NCBI GenBank assembly: GCA_943846675.1
Contig: OX044357.1
Coordinates: 890,713 to 954,712, forward strand
Length of the DNA: 64,000 bases
Source of the DNA: an uncultured Bacteroidia bacterium
GTDB taxonomy: Bacteria > Bacteroidota > Bacteroidia > NS11-12g > UBA9320
Direction: 5' to 3'
Numbering within the stretch: the first letter of the stretch is position 1; every line of letters starts with the position of its first letter. Below are positions 21,108 to 30,207 of this stretch, one piece after another. The translations under genes and the position numbers were made by a program. Below the pieces are notes generated by a model, which saw only the letters and a list, made by a program, of their open reading frames with translations, was not told where the DNA came from and ran no database searches.

Positions 21108-21370
21108 ACAAATAAGGTTTAATTAAAAAAGCATTACTCGTATTTCTTAAAACCAATAGGATTGCAACGTTTATTTTGACTAATTGTCCGTATCGTTTTA
21201 CCACCGTGGTGTCTTCACTCGGTTGGTACCTTTTAAGGTTCGAAATACAATACAAAAGTAAGAAAAAGTATAATTACAAAAGACTCCAGTAGAAAATAAA
21301 TTACCCTCAGTATCCATCACCTCAGACAATTTAGCTTTTAGGCAATACCTTTAAAGTAACATAGCACCAT
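20757..21370. repeat. copy A of a ~610-bp dispersed repeat (gene plus conserved upstream non-coding region)
   Basis: Aligned by eye to 29520-30130. The ~145-nt stretch upstream of the start codon (about 21108-21250) is almost identical to 29869-30010. The coding part and the distal upstream part are more diverged. Confidence 0.8.
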
Positions 21371-21735
21371 GGTGAATCGCCCGCTCACAGGAATTTCAAC
21401 TCGGTTTTTGTCCACTTTGATCTAAAAGTTTAGTCGTTCGCCAAGTCCTTTGCTCGTTAACAAAAATGCAAACGAATTCCAATTGGAATTACTAATGTCT
21501 AATTGTGGACTGAGTATAACCACTATACCGTAAAACGCTTACAAATCTCGTCTGAGTATAATACTATGTTGTGAATTATTTATATTTGCCCTGCATTAAG
21601 AATCCAAATGGATGCCAACCGACTTTTCCTTAAGCACGGTGGCCAAGATACAATGTGGGACTCCCAGTCCAAAAAGTAAAAGGGATCCAATGTAATTTGT
21701 TTAATGCATGTTTTAATAACTTAAAAAATTAGAAT

Positions 21736-22020
21736 ATGTCTTTTAAAGTAGGAGAAAAAGTAGTGTGTGTAAATGACACTTGGTCCAGAAATGACGGTTA
21801 TTGGAATTATCCGGAACTGAATCAAATTTATACCATTGAGTTTGTTATGTATGATGGTGCAGTAACCCTCGAGGAAATCGATAATTCTCACATAGACAAA
21901 GAGATACACGCTCGAGGGCAAAATGATCTAGCGGCATTCTTCCCACGGCATTTTAAGAAGGTAGATCAGATTCAACAGGAAAACCTTATTGAAAGAGCGT
22001 TAGAAGTTGTACACTTTTAG
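21736..22020 (+). CDS. hypothetical small protein (94 aa)
   Basis: ORF with an AG-rich stretch upstream, followed by a 49-nt imperfect palindrome (22073-22121). Confidence 0.4.
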   Translation: MSFKVGEKVVCVNDTWSRNDGYWNYPELNQIYTIEFVMYDGAVTLEEIDNSHIDKEIHARGQNDLAAFFPRHFKKVDQIQQENLIERALEVVHF

Positions 22021-22272
22021 AGCGGTTCAGACTGTTATTGAACTGTAGTTATGTGTGTTCGTTTCATTTTGGTAACGGTTTTGCTATGCGCTTTGTCCCT
22101 AAGCGCAGAGCATTGCGTTTAGGTTTTGTTAGGTGGTTTTTCCTTAAATAGTGAAATATTTTTGCTATTGATTATCTCACTTATACTCCTTAAAAAACTC
22201 ATCAAACCATTCTTCACGATTTCTATTTCATCATCTTATAAAAATGACTTTTTTGCTGACGATCTACACTTT

Positions 22273-22698
22273 TTACAAGTATGCTTTTTTAGTAAATACT
22301 AATTCTGCTTTTTGATTCGTACTACAATGAACGAAAGCAAGTTGCCCAAATTTCTTAGCATAAAACAGAGCTTTATCTTTAGACAGGTTTTCAATAAAGA
22401 ACGAATCCTCAAACCAATTGCCATCCTCTGAAATTCCACGCCCTAAATGAGACTCGAACCCATTTGCTCTTAATTCGGTTAAGAAAGTAGTATTCCTTTT
22501 TTTGTTTTCTTCTTTAGAAAGAATCTCTGGTAATGGATTCCAAGCTGTAATAAACGCCCATTCCCTTATGTTAGGAAGGCTTGAACTAAGATCAACCACT
22601 TCACCAATCTTTAAAACGATATCGTCTTTAAAAACATCATTTTTCAGAATTAAGTAATTAGTGTTTAAAAATGCTGATACTAATTCTGTTTTATCCAT
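22273..22698 (-). CDS. DUF3293-like hypothetical protein
   Basis: 141 aa. 'WAFITAWNP...ENKKRN...L..EL' pattern recalled from DUF3293 proteins. Confidence 0.45.
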   Translation of the reverse strand: MDKTELVSAFLNTNYLILKNDVFKDDIVLKIGEVVDLSSSLPNIREWAFITAWNPLPEILSKEENKKRNTTFLTELRANGFESHLGRGISEDGNWFEDSFFIENLSKDKALFYAKKFGQLAFVHCSTNQKAELVFTKKAYL

Positions 22699-23052
22699 GA
22701 TTTTTTTCTAATTAAGCTAAGTCATGATTCAAGTTCAATGATGGACGAAGGTAAAAAGTTAATCTCATCATCCTTTATGAGGTTGGCAAATCCTGCTTGT
22801 GAAGAAATATTAAAACCTCTATCTTAAATCTTAACCTATATTAGTGCACTTATTACTGACGGTGCACAGTAAATCCGTTTGACCAACTGTACGCAGAATG
22901 AGTATAATAAACCCTACCCAAACATTCGCTTATCCGCGCCTCTGGAAGTTCGTAAACGGAAGTTTATATTCGTATATAAACTAGTTAGTTGCAATTTATT
23001 GTATCCAAGCAAGCGAGAACAATTAAAAAAAAACTTATAATATAAATTAAAA

Positions 23053-23700
23053 ATGGAAAAAATGATTAAAAAATTTTTGAGACCTTTGAGACCTTTTATA
23101 CCTCAGTTGGTATTGAACACATTAAAAAAGAAACAGGGAAAAATACAGCTTAACAAATGGAATAAAAACGGTTGTCCAGTCCCTCCTCCTCATATTGTAA
23201 AACAGATGACAATACAAGAGTATCAAGATAAATACCAATACAAAATTCTTGTGGAAACTGGCACTTACTTGGGCGATATGGTGGAAGCACAGAAGAAAAG
23301 ATTTAGGAAAATATATTCTATTGAGTTAGGAATTGATTTGTTTGATAAAGCAACAAAAAGGTTCAAGAATGATAAAAATGTCACAATTGTGCAAGGGGAT
23401 AGTGGAAAAGTCCTTCCCGATATAATGCTAAAGTTAAATGAACCTGCAATATTTTGGTTAGATGGTCATTATTCAGCTGGAATAACAGCAAGAGGAGATA
23501 AAGATTGCCCAATATTTGAAGAATTGGATGCGATATTTAGTAAGAAGAATTTTGAACACATACTATTAATAGATGATGCTAGGTGTTTTATTGGTGAAGA
23601 TGATTATCCTACTATAGAAGAATTAACAAATTATGTTAGGAGTAAAAATGAAAAATACCAAGTTGATGTAAAACATGACACAATCCGATATGTAATTTAA
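23053..23700 (+). CDS. class I SAM-dependent methyltransferase-like protein
   Basis: 'ILVETGTYLGDM' (motif I-like), 'IYSIEL', 'VQGDS', 'IFWLDGHY', 'LLIDD'. Confidence 0.55.
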   Translation: MEKMIKKFLRPLRPFIPQLVLNTLKKKQGKIQLNKWNKNGCPVPPPHIVKQMTIQEYQDKYQYKILVETGTYLGDMVEAQKKRFRKIYSIELGIDLFDKATKRFKNDKNVTIVQGDSGKVLPDIMLKLNEPAIFWLDGHYSAGITARGDKDCPIFEELDAIFSKKNFEHILLIDDARCFIGEDDYPTIEELTNYVRSKNEKYQVDVKHDTIRYVI

Positions 23701-23704
23701 AACT

Positions 23705-23838
23705 GCAACTAACAGTTTGTATAAGTAATGGCAGGCGATGAAGTAAATATCAAGGTTTGTCGCCCGCTCAAACTGCGTAGCGGTTTGACAGGAAACTACC
23801 ACGCAATCTGCCACTACTCATACAATTTACCGTTGTGC
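23705..23838 (+). repeat. 134-nt imperfect palindromic element E1 (attC-like / REP-like)
   Basis: Starts 5 nt after the stop codon. The left arm 'gcaactaacagtttgtataagtaatggcag' pairs with the right arm 'ctgccactactcatacaatttaccgttgtgc'. A nested inner palindrome is present. Confidence 0.6.
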
Positions 23839-23858
23839 TTCATTAAACTAATAATACT

Positions 23859-24614
23859 ATGATAAAATTCTTTAGGAAAATTCGACAAAAACTAATATCA
23901 CAGAACCGTTTTAGTAAATATTTACTTTATGCTGTTGGTGAGATTGTGCTCGTAATGATTGGAATTTTATTGGCATTACAAGTAAATAATTGGAATGAAC
24001 AACAAAAGGTTAAACTCCACGAGCTTAATATTTTGAATAAACTAAATGAAGATCTAAAGGCAAATCTTCTTGAAGTAGAATCCATTAAAAGAGTGACAGT
24101 AAAAAGAATTAAATCTACAAAAATGATTCTTAATTATTTAGAAGAGCATAAAGATGTAGATGATAGCCTAAAATATTGTTTTGAACGCATAAATATTGAT
24201 GACATATTCAACAACTCTAATACTACATATGAATATATTCAAAATCAAGGTATCAATGTATTGACAAATGATATTATCCTTTCAAAAATCACTTCGATAT
24301 ATGAGCGAGACTTTGAAAATATTACTAGAAGAGAAGTCGCAAACGAGATTTTACTAGAGAATGATTTAAGACCTTTAATGGACATATATCTTGATGTATC
24401 GGAACCAATTTTATTACAAGTGTTTGGTAATGAATATTCACTTAACAAACCAATAAACATCGATGCTTTGAGTAAAAATATTCAGTTCAAGAATGTCTTA
24501 GTACGTATTCAAAATTACATGTTAATGCGGCTTTCTTGGCAAAATATTACCCTAGCAAAATTGGAAGAATTAATTGAAGAAGTTCAAATTGAGATAAGTA
24601 TAATGACCGAGTAA
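23859..24614 (+). CDS. hypothetical membrane-anchored protein (251 aa)
   Basis: N-terminal TM 'YLLYAVGEIVLVMIGILLAL' followed by a helical domain. No family recognised with certainty. Confidence 0.5.
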   Translation: MIKFFRKIRQKLISQNRFSKYLLYAVGEIVLVMIGILLALQVNNWNEQQKVKLHELNILNKLNEDLKANLLEVESIKRVTVKRIKSTKMILNYLEEHKDVDDSLKYCFERINIDDIFNNSNTTYEYIQNQGINVLTNDIILSKITSIYERDFENITRREVANEILLENDLRPLMDIYLDVSEPILLQVFGNEYSLNKPINIDALSKNIQFKNVLVRIQNYMLMRLSWQNITLAKLEELIEEVQIEISIMTE

Positions 24615-24623
24615 ATAACGAAA

Positions 24624-24757
24624 GCACAACATTTGGTATAAAATATATGGAGGCATTTAGTTAAGCAAAGTTTCTATCTCGCATTTATCTATGGCAACGG
24701 TGGAACGTGAATCGCTCCGTAATGCCATACATTTCATACCAAAAAACCGTTGTATGC
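24624..24757 (+). repeat. 134-nt imperfect palindromic element E2 (attC-like / REP-like)
   Basis: Same length and related termini to E1 ('gcacaac...ccgttgtatgc'). ~35-nt arms 'gcacaacatttggtataaaatatatggaggcatt' / 'aatgccatacatttcataccaaaaaaccgttgtatgc'. The centre is unrelated to E1. The IS is inserted 7 nt beyond it. Confidence 0.6.
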
Positions 24758-24809
24758 CATTGACTGTAAGTCTTCAAACTAATGTTTACCAGAGATAGTC
24801 AAAATTAAG

Positions 24810-25787
24810 TCATAAATTTAATCTTTGCAACAGGTGTTGCTTTCTTCTTTTTTTCATTGTTTTTAGTTTAATTAAATGTCTTTGATCTAATATCTCTTGG
24901 CTGCGTCCAAAGTACACGTCTGCTGGTGTTAGGTTTTGCAGTGATTCATGATACCGTTCATTGTTGTAATACTCAACAAACTCTTCAAGTCTGTTTGTCA
25001 AATCACCAGGTAAATAATAATTTTCAAGTTTCACCACATTTTTCATTGACCTGTGCCAACGTTCTATCTTCCCCTGAGTCTGCGGATGCATTGGTCTTCC
25101 GCGAACATGACTCATTCCTTTGTCTTGAATATATTTAGCAAGTTCTGAACTGATGTAGCAAGAACCGTTATCACTCAGCAGTCTCGGACTATTGTTCTTG
25201 TCTAGGCCAGCTTTTTCTAAAGCACTGTCAAGTGATCTGGTCACATCATCTGTCTTCATATTAGAACATAACTCCCAGTGTACAATATATCGGCTATAAT
25301 CGTCTAAAATGGTGGATAGGTAATACCAACCCCATCCAACTATTTTAAAGTATGTAAAATCAGTTTGCCACATTTGGTTTACATGAGTAGTTTTATCCTT
25401 GAACTCATCCGCAGCTCTCATTACAATATATGCTGGAGAAGTGATAAGCCCTCTTGATTTAAGGATCCGATACACACTGCTCTCAGAGATAAAGTATTGC
25501 TTTTGGTCAATCATTCTGTGGGCAAGTTCCCTTGGAGATAGTTCTGGAACCTCTAAAGCAAGCTCAACCACTTCATTTCGAACTTGGTCAGGTATTCGGT
25601 TCCACTGACTATTGGCGTTACGTTTTTTAGGAGCAAGACCATCATAGCCATGCTTGGTGTATTTTCCATACCAGTTATAAAACGTCCTCTTTGGTATGTC
25701 AAGCTCACCAAGTGTTCTGTTCACACCAAGTTCTGAGTCTTCAACCAATCGGATGATCTCGTATTTTTCGTTTTGAGTAAAGCGCAT
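24810..25787 (-). CDS. IS3-family transposase OrfB (DDE/rve integrase core)
   Basis: 'WQTDFTY', 'LLSDNGSCY', 'HPQTQGKIERWHRSMK'. Confidence 0.92.
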   Translation of the reverse strand: MRFTQNEKYEIIRLVEDSELGVNRTLGELDIPKRTFYNWYGKYTKHGYDGLAPKKRNANSQWNRIPDQVRNEVVELALEVPELSPRELAHRMIDQKQYFISESSVYRILKSRGLITSPAYIVMRAADEFKDKTTHVNQMWQTDFTYFKIVGWGWYYLSTILDDYSRYIVHWELCSNMKTDDVTRSLDSALEKAGLDKNNSPRLLSDNGSCYISSELAKYIQDKGMSHVRGRPMHPQTQGKIERWHRSMKNVVKLENYYLPGDLTNRLEEFVEYYNNERYHESLQNLTPADVYFGRSQEILDQRHLIKLKTMKKRRKQHLLQRLNL

Positions 25788-25801
25788 ATACTTTTTGAAC
25801 T

Positions 25802-26164
25802 TTATTCTAGACCACGCAAGCTTTTTTTGAGTACTCTGATTTCAAGAGCTTGCTCTGCTACAACGAGTTTAAGGTTCTGTGATTCATCCTTGAGGTCTTT
25901 AACTTCTCCGGTATTGGCATTACGCTCTGTGTCTCCATTTAAACGCTTTTTACCCGCTTCAATAAAGTCCTTGCTCCAACGATAATAAAGTGCTGGTGCT
26001 ATGCCTTCTTTACGACAGATTTCTGAAATAGATTCTTCTCCTTTTAATCCTTCAAGGACGATTCTGATTTTTTCTTCAGAGTTGAACTTTCTTCTGGTTT
26101 GTCTTCTGATGTCTTTTACAACTGATTCGGCTGTTCTTTTTCTTGGTCTTCCTACTTTTCCCAT
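25802..26164 (-). CDS. IS3-family transposase OrfA (HTH plus leucine zipper)
   Basis: 120 aa. 'SEEKIRIVLEGL...ISEICRKEGI...YYRWSKDF' HTH_Tnp_1 pattern. Confidence 0.9.
   Translation of the reverse strand: MGKVGRPRKRTAESVVKDIRRQTRRKFNSEEKIRIVLEGLKGEESISEICRKEGIAPALYYRWSKDFIEAGKKRLNGDTERNANTGEVKDLKDESQNLKLVVAEQALEIRVLKKSLRGLE
25822..25828 (-). promoter_or_regulatory. probable -1 programmed ribosomal frameshift site (A7-G) for the OrfAB fusion
   Basis: T7 on the plus strand gives A AAA AAG on the coding strand near the orfA 3' end. The orfB frame is -1 and open across the site. Confidence 0.6.
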
Positions 26165-26274
26165 TATTATTTACTTTTTAAGATTTGATAAAGCCTTGAA
26201 AGACGTCTTTCAAGATAATAAACTGTTACTTAACTTTATCTCTTAAGTGGTAAACATTAGGCTGACATTTTACA

Positions 26275-26896
26275 ACATATTTATATTTAACATAGATAAG
26301 TTTGGTACAAATGCAACTCAGACCAAGAAGCAATGGGAAGGTTCCGATTGGAAAGATAAAGATGGGAATACCATTAGTTTATTAGAATTTCTATCTCAGA
26401 ACGACTTAATAATAATAACAGATGAAGCCCACCACGCTCAAAGTAGAAAAGCCAAACAGGTTATAAATGCTTTTCAGCCCTTAGCAGTTATTGAATATAC
26501 AGCTACTGCAGTAGAAGCAGAAAGAAGCCAAGCTAAAAAGAATCAAACTATAGTATATAAATATGATATAAGGAGGTTTTTAGAAGATAAGTACGGAAAA
26601 AAAGTCCGTGTTTTAGCTTTACCTGGTCAAGTATCAAAAACAAAAGGCAAAAAGACTGAACTATCAGATTTAGAAAAATATAAACTAGTCACATTCTTTT
26701 TAGTGCATTTAGTTAAAAAGAAAGCATTAAACAGTGATGTTAAATGTAGAGACCTAAAACCTATTGGCTTTGTAAAGGTTAAAAATGAAATAGTATTTGC
26801 AGAAAAGGTAGAGTTATATCTTAAAACGGTTTTAGCAACAGATACAGAAATACTGGAAGTAATATTAGAAAAAGCTAAAGCAGAAGATACAGAAAC
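26275..26896 (+). pseudogene. internal fragment of an SF2 DEAH helicase, type III restriction Res-like, truncated at both ends by IS elements
   Basis: 'LIIITDEAHHAQS' (motif II) and 'VIEYTATAV' (motif III). The frame begins exactly at the IS copy 1 end and stops at the IS copy 2 end. Confidence 0.7.
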
Positions 26897-26953
26897 TGTA
26901 CGTCTTCAGCGAAAGTTGAACTTTTTGAGTGAAAAACTAAGAGAGAGTTCATG

Positions 26954-27928
26954 CTAATTTAGTTTAAATTTCTGATACTGTTTTTTACGAGCCTTAAGTG
27001 TCCTGATTTTGGTCTTTTTCCTTTGCTTCAATTTCACTTCGCCTTTTCCGTAGTAAACCTCAGCAGGAGTTAAGTTCTGCAAAGATTCGTGGTAGCGTTT
27101 GTAGTTGTAATACTCCACGAACTCGTTGAGTTTTCTTTCCAGTTGTTCAGGACTAAAATAATTGTCTAGTTTGACCACATTCTTCATGGATCGGTGATAG
27201 CGTTCTATCTTTCCTTGGGTCTGTGGATGTAACGGACGGCCTCTAATATGCTTCATATTTTGATTGCCAAGATATTCTGCAAGTTCATTGGATATGTAAC
27301 ACGACCCATTGTCAGATAGCAGTTTAGGCCTGTTCTCTTCAGAGACATCGGATGCCAATAAAGCCTCATCTATGGTGTCTTTAACGCCTTGAGCTTTCAT
27401 GTTAGAGCACAGTTTCCAGTTGATTATGAATCTCGAGTAATCATCCAAAATTGTTGAGAGGTAATACCACCCCCAACCATAGATTTTAAAGTACGTAAAG
27501 TCAGTTTGCCACATCTGGTTTACTTGTGTAGTCTTGTCATGAAAACTATCCGAAGCACTCATGATTCTAAAACTTGGTACTGAGATAAGACCATTGGCTT
27601 TCAAAATACGATAGACACTGGATTCGCTGATGTAATAGTTGAAGGTATCGGTGATATGCCAAGCCACCTCTCTAGGGGATAATTCTGGCTTCTCTAGAGC
27701 AATCTCTACCACCTTGTCTCGATCTAACTCATTAATCCTATTCCATGAACTTGGTCGAATACTGGGTTTACGTGCAAGACCATCATAGCCGCCTTCGGCA
27801 TATGCTTTGTACCAGTTATAAAAGGTGGTTTTGTTAAGTTTAAGCTCTCTGAGAGTACGTAAAACACCTAAGTCCGATTGCTCTACAAGCTGTATAAGCT
27901 CATATTTCTCCTGTTGACTGTAATGCAT
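26954..27928 (-). CDS. IS3-family transposase OrfB
   Basis: 'WQTDFTY', 'LLSDNGSCY', 'HPQTQGKIERYHRSMK'. Confidence 0.92.
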   Translation of the reverse strand: MHYSQQEKYELIQLVEQSDLGVLRTLRELKLNKTTFYNWYKAYAEGGYDGLARKPSIRPSSWNRINELDRDKVVEIALEKPELSPREVAWHITDTFNYYISESSVYRILKANGLISVPSFRIMSASDSFHDKTTQVNQMWQTDFTYFKIYGWGWYYLSTILDDYSRFIINWKLCSNMKAQGVKDTIDEALLASDVSEENRPKLLSDNGSCYISNELAEYLGNQNMKHIRGRPLHPQTQGKIERYHRSMKNVVKLDNYFSPEQLERKLNEFVEYYNYKRYHESLQNLTPAEVYYGKGEVKLKQRKKTKIRTLKARKKQYQKFKLN

Positions 27929-27939
27929 ATATCGCTTTC

Positions 27940-28290
27940 TTACAAGTCTTCTCCATTTGTATTTTTTTTCAAGGTTCTCACCTCTAAGGAAAGCTCTGCT
28001 ACCAACTCCTTCAAAGAACTATTTTCCCCTTTGAGCTCCTGCACCTCTGTAGTGTTAGCCTCACGCATTGTGTCGCCCGTTAGACGACGTTTGCCTGCTT
28101 CCATAAAGTCTTTAGCCCACTTGTAATAATTGCCTTGACTGATTCCTTCTTTTCTACATAATTCTGCGATGGTGATCTCGCCACGCATACCTTCAATGAT
28201 GATTCGAATCTTTTCTTCTGATGAATACGCTTTTCTTGTCTTTCTTTTTAAGTCACTGATTAGTGAACTTGTACTTTTCTTGTTTACCAT
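27940..28290 (-). CDS. IS3-family transposase OrfA
   Basis: 'SEEKIRIIIEGM...IAELCRKEGI...YYKWAKDF'. Confidence 0.9.
   Translation of the reverse strand: MVNKKSTSSLISDLKRKTRKAYSSEEKIRIIIEGMRGEITIAELCRKEGISQGNYYKWAKDFMEAGKRRLTGDTMREANTTEVQELKGENSSLKELVAELSLEVRTLKKNTNGEDL
27962..27969 (-). promoter_or_regulatory. probable -1 frameshift site (A8) for OrfAB of IS copy 2
   Basis: T8 on the plus strand lies within the last codons of orfA. orfB is in the -1 frame. Confidence 0.55.
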
Positions 28291-28608
28291 TAAGGTTGAT
28301 TTAAAAGGTTATAAATATATTAAATAACCCTCTCTTAAATCATAACCCCTATAAGTTCACTTTTTGCTGACGTCGAACAGCAATAGCTAAACTCTAGTGA
28401 ACTGAAAAACAGAAAGATGCATGGAATAAATTGTTATGAAATTCAGCTTCCCTATGATGGGAATTATGCAAAAACATATTTAATAGCATTTTTGCCACTT
28501 AGTCATTGGTTCTATCACATCTTACTTTATGCTCTATTCGCATATTTAGCATTTGCTTAACACAACGTATTTATGCTCTGATTCTATAATCCTCGATCTT
28601 CAAAACAA

Positions 28609-28649
28609 AGCACTAATCAACCGCAGCCCTGCTGCGGTTGATTAGTGCT
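28609..28649. repeat. perfect 19-bp-stem / 3-nt-loop palindrome
   Basis: AGCACTAATCAACCGCAGC-cct-GCTGCGGTTGATTAGTGCT, in a 560-nt ORF-free stretch. The following T-tract is weak. Confidence 0.8.
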
Positions 28650-28942
28650 TATTTGTTGGCTATAGTTATTTATTCAGTTCAAAACAATTTTTGACTTACC
28701 GGACAAATGTTAATCATTTCCAATTTCTGAATAATCCAAGTTCCTGATATTATACTCGTTTTTATGGCGGCTAGAAACTAAGCTCTAGCTATACCTCCAA
28801 CCTTTATCCATTAGGTCTCCAAATTCAATATTGACAGTCCATATGACTTCACCATTTGATTTGTTTTCCGAATCTGATGAAAATATCTATTTTGCAGATA
28901 GACTATCTATAACCTAATTACGAGGTAGGAGTATTAATCAAC

Positions 28943-29449
28943 TTAAACAATTGGCGCACTCCATGCAGCCCAGCTACCGTAAGTTGATTCAATCTCGCTC
29001 ATGAGGCAATTACTCCTGGTTATTGCTTCTTGTTTTGCATTTTCATTAGCTGAAATATCCCAGAAAAATACAGGATAGTCATCATCACTAGTTTCGATCC
29101 AATCACATGGCCACATTTTACCACCATACCTATTGATTATAACAAATTCGTTGGAGCTTATTCTAAGATCCCCAACATCCCCGACTAATTCCATCACCTT
29201 GAAGAAAAACATAGATGGATCTGCAAGAAAGCCTTCATCATCTTTTTGCCAATCAAAAGAGGCTGCAGCGGCAAAATTCACATCTTCCGCATTCATTGAA
29301 ACAAAACTGATTAATTCATTGTCCTCAGCGTTGCGTGGTGTTATGCTAAATTTAAAGGCTGTCTTAAATTCCTCGACTCCACCAGGGAATCTCTCTTCTA
29401 TTATCGACTTTCGAAATACAATTTGGGATAAATCTACACATAATGGCAT
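28943..29449 (-). CDS. hypothetical acidic protein, immunity-protein-like; paralog of 20307-20753
   Basis: 168 aa. See the shared blocks listed for 20307-20753. Confidence 0.5.
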   Translation of the reverse strand: MPLCVDLSQIVFRKSIIEERFPGGVEEFKTAFKFSITPRNAEDNELISFVSMNAEDVNFAAAASFDWQKDDEGFLADPSMFFFKVMELVGDVGDLRISSNEFVIINRYGGKMWPCDWIETSDDDYPVFFWDISANENAKQEAITRSNCLMSEIESTYGSWAAWSAPIV

Positions 29450-29519
29450 GTTGCTTTCTGATTGAGAGTGAAGTAAATTGATTAAATACTAACCTAACAT
29501 TGTGTTTGTTGGTATCATC

Positions 29520-29868
29520 AACTTGATTCTTTCTAGTTTATTGAGTGAATTAGTATTCAATTTCGTTTCAATTGGTATCAATAATACACACTTGCATCTC
29601 GTTTGAATTATGTAACTCCCTCCTCTGTCGATGACATAAGTGGCACCAACAAATTTTTATCTTTATTAAAAAAGAGAATTTGATAATCTCTTGATCCTGT
29701 GAAGATAAACATGGTATTCAAATTGGTGTGTACAATTTGAAATAGATGGTTTCCATCAACTAATTTCAAATCGTTTACAATTACTCCAGTTCCCTCAAGT
29801 ACTATGAGAGACGAGTCTATTTTTTTAGGCTCCAGTCCTTTAAAAGAGAGTTTGATAACAGATTTCAT
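29520..29868 (-). pseudogene. degraded copy of the 116-aa gene at 20757-21107
   Basis: The first ~60 codons are near-identical to copy A. The frame is then lost (ORF 29608-29868 is only 86 aa), although nucleotide homology continues to ~29520. Confidence 0.6.
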
Positions 29869-30130
29869 ACAAATAAGATTTAATTAAAAAAGCATTACTC
29901 GTATTTCTTAAAACCAATAGGATTGCAACGTTTATTTTGACTAATTGTCCGTATCGTTTTACCACCGTGGTGTCTTCACTCGGTTGGTACCTCTTAAGGT
30001 TCGAAATACACTTCAAAATTAAGAAAAAGAATAATAACAAAATACTCTTGTAGAGAACAAATTACACTTAGCACCCAGTCACCTCAGACAATTTGGCCTT
30101 TTAGACCAACACCTTTAAATCAAATAGCTA
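29520..30130. repeat. copy B of the ~610-bp dispersed repeat
   Basis: See copy A (20757-21370). Confidence 0.8.
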
Positions 30131-30207
30131 CAATGTCCGTTCATTCTTTATAACAGAATACCTTTCACCAATGTCATGTTAAACTAGAATGTGAGCAACT
30201 ATGTTGA

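Larger units (their letters stand above)
24765..26274 (-). mobile_element. IS3-family insertion sequence, copy 1 (1510 bp)
   Basis: TG...CA termini. Imperfect ~28-bp IRs (TGTAAGTCTTCAAACTAATGTTTACCA / TGTAAAATGTCAGCCTAATGTTTACCA). orfA/orfB organisation. Near-identical to copy 3 at 46275-47784. Confidence 0.9.
26897..28379 (-). mobile_element. IS3-family insertion sequence, copy 2 (diverged relative, 1483 bp)
   Basis: Termini TGTACGTCTTCAGCGAAAGTTGAACTT / TGTTCGACGTCAGCAAAAAGTGAACTT form imperfect IRs. orfA/orfB are homologous to copies 1 and 3 but clearly diverged. Confidence 0.85.

Noticed and set aside
21034-21255. 73-aa ORF (and its twin 29840-30040) with a conserved peptide 'CISNLKRYQPSEDTTVVKRYGQLVKINVAILLVLRNTSNAFLIK'
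   Set aside because: The conservation is explained by the near-identical nucleotide repeat. The ORF overlaps the start of the downstream gene in another frame and its ends differ between the copies. I treat it as a non-coding conserved leader, not a gene.
26247-26274. First nine codons of ORF 26247-26957 ('MVNIRLTFY')
   Set aside because: These bases are the terminal inverted repeat of IS copy 1. The apparent start codon is an artefact of the IS junction, so the feature is called a truncated fragment from 26275.
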